In this document: positions 25,681-32,281 of the stretch, piece by piece
Layout: every line of letters begins with the position of its first letter
Position numbering within the stretch: the first letter of the stretch is position 1
Origin: a virus
Lineage: Duplodnaviria; Caudoviricetes
Virus record (IMG/VR): IMGVR_UViG_3300020472_002098
Span: 1-32,281 of that record
Length of the DNA stretch: 32,281 nucleotides
Reading direction: 5' to 3' (one strand)
Notes under the pieces: generated by a model
What the model was told of the DNA's origin: nothing
What the model saw: the letters and a program-made list of their open reading frames with translations, nothing else
Database searches by the model: none
Translations under genes and position numbers: made by a program

Positions 25681-26459
25681 TGACTAAAGTTAGTACTATA
25701 ACTGCTTGTTATAAAATGGGTAAGTATATGGAAGGATTCTTAGATAATCTTTCTCAACAAACTCATAAAGATCTTGAAGTTGTTATTGATCATAATGATC
25801 CTACTATAAAAGAAGTAGAATTAATTGAAGAACATAATGAGAAATATGATAATATTTTTCATATTCAAGTAGATGGTGTTGATCCTCTTGGTATTTCTTG
25901 GAATCGTTGTATTGAAAATTCATCTGGTGATTACCTTTGTATTTGGAATGTTGATGATTTAAGAACACCTGATTCTATAGAGATGATGGCAAATGCATTG
26001 GATGAAAATCCTGATGTTGATTTTGTGTATGGGGACTTTATTATAGTTCCTACATTTGGATCTACTGAAGGTGAGTTTGTTAATAATGCTAATAGAGAGC
26101 ATTTATTAAAATCTGGGATGATTCTTGGACCTTTCTTTATGTTTAGGAAATCTATTCTAGAGAAAACCAAACTATTTGATGAACAACTAGTATCTGGTAA
26201 TGATTATGATCTTGCTTTAAGACTTGCTTTTAATGGTAAAGGAATGCATATTCCTCATAATTCTGGATATTATCTTAATGAAGGATTGGGATTAAGTACT
26301 AGACCTGATAGTAAACAGGCATTAGAAAGAACAGTTATTGAGTTGAGGTATGGATTAGATGTTATTGAACCTAGATTAATTCCTGCAACGAAGGAATATG
26401 ATATAGAACGTATACATAATGGAACTTTTAAATTTAAAGCTAAGTGTTTAATGATATGA
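25680..26459 (+). CDS. Glycosyltransferase family 2
   Basis: VSTITACY, WNRCIENSSGDYLCIWNVDD, DYDLALR. Confidence 0.88.
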   Translation: MTKVSTITACYKMGKYMEGFLDNLSQQTHKDLEVVIDHNDPTIKEVELIEEHNEKYDNIFHIQVDGVDPLGISWNRCIENSSGDYLCIWNVDDLRTPDSIEMMANALDENPDVDFVYGDFIIVPTFGSTEGEFVNNANREHLLKSGMILGPFFMFRKSILEKTKLFDEQLVSGNDYDLALRLAFNGKGMHIPHNSGYYLNEGLGLSTRPDSKQALERTVIELRYGLDVIEPRLIPATKEYDIERIHNGTFKFKAKCLMI

Positions 26460-27364
26460 AAGTAATAGCGTTATTACCATTTAAAAATGAACAGTGGTGT
26501 TTACCAGCATATTTACATAATACATCAAAATTTGTTGATGAGATTATTGCAATAGATGATGGTTCTACAGATAATTCTGTAAAGATATTAGAGGATGCTG
26601 GTGCAAAAGTATACTCTTCGGAGAAGTTAAGGAACTTTAACTCTGGTTGGTCTGAAGGATCTATTCGTGCAGAGTTATTGAAGTTGGGTAGAGAAGCAGA
26701 AGGAACTCATTTCGTTTGCTTAGATGCTGATGAAACTTTTACTAATACTTTTCCTATAATAGCAAAAAGGGTGCTACCTCAAGTTCAACCAGGACATAAG
26801 ATTGCAATGCAGTGGTTGGCATTATGGAAGAGTTATACTCATTATAGAAATGATGCTACTGTATGGAGTGATAATTGGAAAGATTTTATTGTAGCAGATC
26901 ATCCATCATTGAGTTATAACTCAGAGCAACATATGCATCTTGGTAGAACTCCAGTTAGTCCAGATGAATCTGGTGATTCTCATTGGTTGAGGGTTGATAA
27001 TAATATTGGATCTGTAATGCATTTTCAGTTTTCTCCATATAATAATTTTCAATTAAAGCAATGTTGGTTTAGATGTTCTGAATTAATACAGGCACCAGGT
27101 ACTGAGGCAGCAATTAATGCTAAGTATTCTATTACATTGTTGGATAATAATGTTGGTCTTTCTAAGATGCCTGAGTCTTGGTATGAAGGTGTTCCTATGC
27201 CTACGGTTGGATATGATCCAGAATGGAGTGAGGATTCTTTTGTTAGAGCAGATTTATTGCCAGGTATAATGAAATACTTTGATGATTATGGTGTGGAGTA
27301 TTTTAAAGGATTAGATATCTGGCACATACCACAGTTGAGAGAAAGGTTAAATGGGAGTAATTAG
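26456..27364 (+). CDS. Glycosyltransferase family 2-like
   Basis: LPFKNE, IDDGSTDNS, CLDADE. Confidence 0.85.
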   Translation: MKVIALLPFKNEQWCLPAYLHNTSKFVDEIIAIDDGSTDNSVKILEDAGAKVYSSEKLRNFNSGWSEGSIRAELLKLGREAEGTHFVCLDADETFTNTFPIIAKRVLPQVQPGHKIAMQWLALWKSYTHYRNDATVWSDNWKDFIVADHPSLSYNSEQHMHLGRTPVSPDESGDSHWLRVDNNIGSVMHFQFSPYNNFQLKQCWFRCSELIQAPGTEAAINAKYSITLLDNNVGLSKMPESWYEGVPMPTVGYDPEWSEDSFVRADLLPGIMKYFDDYGVEYFKGLDIWHIPQLRERLNGSN

Positions 27365-27965
27365 TATATTCCCTTTGCCTGTTTATATGAAAAAGGCAGA
27401 AGATGATCAATTTGATAATATTCAAGAAGAAGTAATATCTGCTTGTAATAATATTGAATTTGAGCAAAGACCTAATTGGAATAAAGATACTCATATGTTG
27501 AGTAAAGATCCATTTAATAATACTAATTTTATAGTAGATCAAAAATGTAATCATCTTTTGGAGTTTATATATGGTAGTGTCTTTGAATATATTTCTACTA
27601 TAATGGGTAAAGATGCTCACTTTCAATATCATTTAATGGAGTCTTGGGTAACTAAAACATTAAAGGGACAGTATGCTCAAGAACACCATCATGGTGCTGC
27701 TGATATATCAGGGGTATATTATGTTAATACTAATGGTGAAGATGGAAATTTAACTTACGATAATATTCATAGTGGTATGTGTGGTAACTTTGTTGTTTCT
27801 TGTTTGCCACCTAAACAACCAATGCCTCTTGAAAATGGTCTTCTTATCCTTTGGCCTGGACCACTTAAACATGGAACTTTGACTAATAAAACTGATAATG
27901 AAAGAATGAGTGTAAGTTTTAATGTATTTGTTGGAAGAAAAGGTTTTGTATTAGATAATGGTTAG
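27351..27965 (+). CDS. 2OG-Fe(II) oxygenase (TIGR02466-like)
   Basis: IFPLPVY, ESW, HHH..ISGVYY, WPGPLKHG, RMSVSFN. Confidence 0.85.
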   Translation: MGVISIFPLPVYMKKAEDDQFDNIQEEVISACNNIEFEQRPNWNKDTHMLSKDPFNNTNFIVDQKCNHLLEFIYGSVFEYISTIMGKDAHFQYHLMESWVTKTLKGQYAQEHHHGAADISGVYYVNTNGEDGNLTYDNIHSGMCGNFVVSCLPPKQPMPLENGLLILWPGPLKHGTLTNKTDNERMSVSFNVFVGRKGFVLDNG

Positions 27966-29100
27966 TGCGAGAATCAATTTAGATCAACATTTTTATCCTG
28001 ATGATGATAGGATAAAAGTTGCTTTCATAAAGTTTTGTGGTATGGCTACAGGTGGAACTGAGAAAGTTCTACAAACGATTGCTGCAAACTTAGATAAGAA
28101 TAAGTTTCTAGTAGATTTTTATTATTGTGATACTGCAACTTATATTGGATCTGATTATATTCATCCTGATAATGACTTTGATAGGATGGTATATTGTTAT
28201 TCTAATGGTGTAAGATTAATTAAGTTTTTTGTTAAACATAAAGATTTGAGAGTTCATACTCATGATTGGGTTGATACTGATTTCTGGGATATATTTGATG
28301 AGAGTAGATACGATATAATACAGACAGGTCGTGCTGGACATCCAGAATATCCTTTCACCAAAATACATAATACTCCTATAGTTGATAGTATTCATCTAGC
28401 AGGGATGGCAGAGAATAAAGCAAATGTATATAAGACAGTTCTAATATCTAAGGATCAAAGGGACAGATGGGTTCAGGCAGGTGGTCCTAGAGATAGATCA
28501 GTAATCATACCAAATCCAGTAGAGATACCTGATTATACTGATAGTTACATACAGGAATTAAAACTGAGAAGGAAGTTTGTATTTGGTATGCATCAGAGAG
28601 CTGATGATGGTATCTTTTCTAGTATTCCTTTAGCAGCATATAAAACTATTGAAAGTGATAAGACCCACTTTATAATGTTAGGTGGAAGTGAAAGATATAA
28701 GAAGCAAGCAGAAGAATTAGGAATAAAGAATATTGATTTCTTACCAACAGTATCTGAGTTAGAACCTATTCATAAGTTTTTGAACACATTAAAGGTATAT
28801 TCTCATGGTAGGGCAGATGGTGAACAGTGTTCTTGTGCTATAATAGAAGCATTAGCACATAACTTACCTGTGATTAGTCATACTGCACCTAGTATGGGTC
28901 ACCTAGAACAGATAGGTAATGCAGGTAAAGTGGTTTCTAATCCTATTCAGTACTCTGAAATGATGACTAAATTACTTGAGGATAAAGAATATTATAAAGA
29001 ATGTTCTGCCAATGCAAAGAAAAGATATGAATCCACCTATGGTATGGATGCAATCATATCACAATATGTTGCAATTTATGAGGAAATAAAAAATGGATGA
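27958..29100 (+). CDS. Glycosyltransferase family 4 (GT-B)
   Basis: GGTEK, IPNPV, EQCSCAIIEALAHNLPVI (EX7E). Confidence 0.85.
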   Translation: MVSARINLDQHFYPDDDRIKVAFIKFCGMATGGTEKVLQTIAANLDKNKFLVDFYYCDTATYIGSDYIHPDNDFDRMVYCYSNGVRLIKFFVKHKDLRVHTHDWVDTDFWDIFDESRYDIIQTGRAGHPEYPFTKIHNTPIVDSIHLAGMAENKANVYKTVLISKDQRDRWVQAGGPRDRSVIIPNPVEIPDYTDSYIQELKLRRKFVFGMHQRADDGIFSSIPLAAYKTIESDKTHFIMLGGSERYKKQAEELGIKNIDFLPTVSELEPIHKFLNTLKVYSHGRADGEQCSCAIIEALAHNLPVISHTAPSMGHLEQIGNAGKVVSNPIQYSEMMTKLLEDKEYYKECSANAKKRYESTYGMDAIISQYVAIYEEIKNG

Positions 29101-29731
29101 TGTGTCTTACAGTAAGCATAATGAACATTATGCTCAGGATTCTGCTTTAACTAGTGAAAAAATAGCACATGAAAGGAATAATATTGAAAATTTTAAGTTC
29201 TTATATCAACCAGATATTCCTCACGGAGATGTTTTAGATAATACTAAATTTAAAACTGCTGTTGATATTGGATCTGGTACTGGATGGTTTGCTAATTATC
29301 TTATTAATGAAAGAAAGTATACTAAGGTCTATGCAATAGAACCATCTGAATCTGCTATTGATATTTCTAAGAAGATATATCCTGATCAAAAGAAGGTAAA
29401 ATATATAAATGGGTTTGCTGAAGAAGAGCTATCTAAAATAAAATTAACTAAACCATCTTTATTTTCTACACTATGTGTATTAACTCATCTTAAAGATGAG
29501 ACTGTAATTCCTATTTTAAATGCAGTTGATAAAATGGCACAAACTGGATCTGTTCTTTCTTGCTCAGAACCTTGGGGTATCCAACATATTGAAGATGCTT
29601 GGTATATTAGACCACCAGAATGGTGGGTTGAGAATCTACCTAATTGGGAGTTTGAATTTTATTCTGATTTTATTATTCCCCATCCAGCAGATGTAGATCG
29701 TTATAAAGGATTTATTGCTACTAAATTATGA
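29093..29731 (+). CDS. Class I SAM-dependent methyltransferase
   Basis: VDIGSGTG, AIEPS, VLTHL. Confidence 0.85.
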   Translation: MDDVSYSKHNEHYAQDSALTSEKIAHERNNIENFKFLYQPDIPHGDVLDNTKFKTAVDIGSGTGWFANYLINERKYTKVYAIEPSESAIDISKKIYPDQKKVKYINGFAEEELSKIKLTKPSLFSTLCVLTHLKDETVIPILNAVDKMAQTGSVLSCSEPWGIQHIEDAWYIRPPEWWVENLPNWEFEFYSDFIIPHPADVDRYKGFIATKL

Positions 29732-30519
29732 TTACGTTTAATAGTATGGGCAATCTAGGTAGGCTTGCCAACCAAATGTTTCAATATGCATCTTTAAAGG
29801 GTATATCAAAGAATAGAGGATTTGAATATGTTATACCACCTGAAAATAAGTTTGGTGAAACTGATCCTTTAGTTAGGAGTGATCCTCTTAATATACATAA
29901 TTGTTTTAATATTGGGTATAATAGGATAGGTATGTATCCTAATCAAATTCTTGCAGAAAGAATGCATACCTTTGATCAAGAATTATTTGAGAATTGTCCA
30001 GATAATGTAGATTTATTTGGATATTATCAATCTCCAAAATATTTTAATCATATTGAGGATGAAATAAGGAAGGACTTTTCTTTCTCTCAAGATTTAGTTG
30101 ATAGTTGTCAAGAAGTAATTGATACTTTAGGTGGTGATGTTATTTCTCTTCACATTCGTAGAACGGATTATAAGGCAAATCCAAACCATCCATTACAACC
30201 AATAGAATATTATAAGAGTGCTTTAGATAAGTTACCTAAAGATTCTTCTGTTGTTGTTTTTTCAGATGATTATGAATGGTGTGAGAGTAATGAAGCATTT
30301 TCTGATGATAGATTTGCTGTATCAAATAATGCAGCAGATTTTGATTTATGTCTTATGAGTTTATGTAATTATCATATTATTGCTAATTCATCCTATTCTT
30401 GGTGGGGTGCTTGGTTGAGTAAGAGTGATAAGATCATTGCACCTAAGAATTGGTTTGGTGCTAGTTGTTCTCATAAGTCAGTTGATGATATGGTATTTGG
30501 AGATTGGAGTTGGTTATGA
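29728..30519 (+). CDS. Alpha-1,2-fucosyltransferase (GT11)
   Basis: GRLANQMFQYA, GYYQSPKYF, HIRRTDY, FSDD, ANSSYSWWGAWL. Confidence 0.93.
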   Translation: MITFNSMGNLGRLANQMFQYASLKGISKNRGFEYVIPPENKFGETDPLVRSDPLNIHNCFNIGYNRIGMYPNQILAERMHTFDQELFENCPDNVDLFGYYQSPKYFNHIEDEIRKDFSFSQDLVDSCQEVIDTLGGDVISLHIRRTDYKANPNHPLQPIEYYKSALDKLPKDSSVVVFSDDYEWCESNEAFSDDRFAVSNNAADFDLCLMSLCNYHIIANSSYSWWGAWLSKSDKIIAPKNWFGASCSHKSVDDMVFGDWSWL

Positions 30520-31382
30520 TTAATTTATTTTATGAAAAAAGTTATTGGGGTGGTGCTAAGACAATGAGTGGTCCTGCAAAGGTCATTCATAATCTTAAAG
30601 AATCTCTAGAACAAGAGAAGATACCTTATGCTATCAATGAAGAGAAATATAAGAATAACTTCTTAGTTCAGTATGATTATAATGCATATCTAAAACATTC
30701 TAAACTTACACTAGAGAATTGTGTGATAGGTCCACAGATATGGATGTTTGATTCTCATGTATCAGAATTAAAAGAGAATACACATTATTATAAATCTATT
30801 ATTACACCATCTCAGTGGGTTAAGGATCTTTATGTAAGTAAGTTTGGATACCCAGAAGATAAAATCTCTGTTTGGCCAGTTGGTATTACTTTACCAGAAT
30901 ATAAAAGAGAGAAGAAGTATGGGTGCTTAGTTTACTATAAACGTAGAGATCAGGCAGAGTTGGATAAGGTTCGTTCTTTCCTTGCAGAGAGAAAGATTAC
31001 TTATAATGTAATGGAGTATGGTAATTATTCTCAGAATGCACTTGAGATACTTGCACCAGAGTCAGAGTTTTGTTTTGTATTAAATGGAACTGAGAGTCAA
31101 GGTATAGCAATTCAAGAGATTATGAGTTATAATACTCCTATGTTTGTATGGGATATTGAATCTTGGGATGATCAAGGATCAGAATGGTCTGTTCCTGCTA
31201 CTTCTATTCCTTATTGGTCTCCTGAGTGTGGAGAACGATTTGTTAATGTTGATCAAATGGAAAAGAAGTTTGATCAATTTTATGTTAAACTGGGTGGATA
31301 TAATCCTCGTAAATATGTTGAGGATAATTTATCTTACAAGAAATCTATAGAAAAATTATTGGAGATTTTTAATGTTAATTAG
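30516..31382 (+). CDS. Glycosyltransferase-like (GT-B) protein
   Basis: GPAKV, PSQWV, ESQGIAIQEIMSYNTP (EX7E); context. Confidence 0.65.
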   Translation: MINLFYEKSYWGGAKTMSGPAKVIHNLKESLEQEKIPYAINEEKYKNNFLVQYDYNAYLKHSKLTLENCVIGPQIWMFDSHVSELKENTHYYKSIITPSQWVKDLYVSKFGYPEDKISVWPVGITLPEYKREKKYGCLVYYKRRDQAELDKVRSFLAERKITYNVMEYGNYSQNALEILAPESEFCFVLNGTESQGIAIQEIMSYNTPMFVWDIESWDDQGSEWSVPATSIPYWSPECGERFVNVDQMEKKFDQFYVKLGGYNPRKYVEDNLSYKKSIEKLLEIFNVN

Positions 31383-31986
31383 TTTCAAAGATTTAGTTAA
31401 AAAATACGGGATGATAATTACGGGAGTAATTCATGTCGGTGGACATTATGGTGAGGAACTTCAAGATTATATTGATGAAGGGATTCAAGATATTGTTTTA
31501 TTTGAACCTCTCAATGAGAATTTTGATATTCTTAAGGAGAAAGCAGAAAAATTAAATGCTAATATTAAAGGATATCAAGTTGCATTAGGATCTGAAAAGG
31601 GAACAGCAACAATGTATGTTAGTGATAATGAGAAACAAAGTAGTTCTATATTAAAACCAAAAGTTCATTTAACTCATCATCCACATGTAAAGTTTCCTGA
31701 AACAGAGGAAGTAGATGTTGGTCGTATGGATGATTATCAAACTGGAGGTTATAATTTTCTTAATATGGATGTTCAAGGATATGAACTTGAAGTATTAAAG
31801 GGTGCTACGGAAACTTTAAAGAAAGTAAGATATGTTTATTGTGAAGTAAATCGTGATGAGGTTTATGAAAATAATGCATATGTAGAAGAGATTGATGAAT
31901 TTCTTGCTGGTTATGGTATGGAAAGAGTAGAAACTGATTGGGAAGGTGACATCTGGGGTGATGCACTTTATATAAGAACAAAATGA
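31372..31986 (+). CDS. FkbM-family methyltransferase
   Basis: IHVGGHYGEE, FEP, NMDVQGYELEVLKGA, WGDALY. Confidence 0.9.
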   Translation: MLISFKDLVKKYGMIITGVIHVGGHYGEELQDYIDEGIQDIVLFEPLNENFDILKEKAEKLNANIKGYQVALGSEKGTATMYVSDNEKQSSSILKPKVHLTHHPHVKFPETEEVDVGRMDDYQTGGYNFLNMDVQGYELEVLKGATETLKKVRYVYCEVNRDEVYENNAYVEEIDEFLAGYGMERVETDWEGDIWGDALYIRTK

Positions 31987-32281
31987 AAATCTGTATTTTA
32001 ACAATAGCAACAAATAAGTATATTCAATTTGTTGAGAAATTATATGATAATATTGATGATCATTTTCTTAATGGTCATGAGATAGAAGGTATTATTTTTA
32101 CTGAACATGAAGTAGAATCATCTGACAATATTAAGATTTCTCAGATAGAACACGAACCTTGGCCAGTACCTACTCTAAAGAGATACAATTACTTTATGAA
32201 AGAAGCAGAGCATATTTCTAAGTATGACTATTGCTTCTATTTTGATGTAGATATGGGTATAGTGGATAAGGTTGGTGATGA
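31983..32281 (+). CDS. Glycosyltransferase family 6 (ABO-type), 3'-truncated; absent from the ORF track
   Basis: MKICILTIATNKYIQF...FL..IFTE..WPVPTLKRY...YDYCFYFDVDM; runs off the window end. Confidence 0.85.
   Translation, partial: MKICILTIATNKYIQFVEKLYDNIDDHFLNGHEIEGIIFTEHEVESSDNIKISQIEHEPWPVPTLKRYNYFMKEAEHISKYDYCFYFDVDMGIVDKVGD

Noticed and set aside
21639-32013. ORFs at 21639, 22220, 23842, 25931, 27303, 31144, 31816
   Set aside because: Overlap well-supported + strand genes such as ndhP, gmd, GTs and GT6
1-32281. Cellular (cyanobacterial genomic island) origin; CRISPR, IS or rRNA elements
   Set aside because: T4 late promoters, pstS without pstCAB, talC and phage-like gene packing favour a phage; no repeat-spacer array, transposase or rRNA seen

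Overview
AT-rich, gene-dense segment of a T4-like marine cyanophage (Kyanoviridae type; likely Prochlorococcus/Synechococcus host), inferred from talC, pstS, psbN-like and ndhP-like genes, T4 late-promoter octamers (TATAAATA) and the absence of cellular housekeeping genes. Layout: (1) 362-7148, a minus-strand cluster of probable virion/fibre-associated genes, with three paralogous ~110-aa adaptor domains, Calx-beta-like repeats and a protein carrying colicin M-like motifs; (2) 7208-16633, a flavin-dependent halogenase, GIY-YIG and SNase nucleases, NifU, 2OG-Fe(II) oxygenases and many small membrane proteins; (3) 16416-18456, three exported proteins, one with no usable start codon; (4) 18555-23119, auxiliary metabolic genes (talC, porin-like gene + pstS with a candidate Pho box and structured leader, psbN, ndhP); (5) 23123-end, a glycan island (gmd, fcl, GT2 x2, GT4, GT11, GT6, methyltransferases). 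All family calls come from motif recognition by eye; no searches were run.
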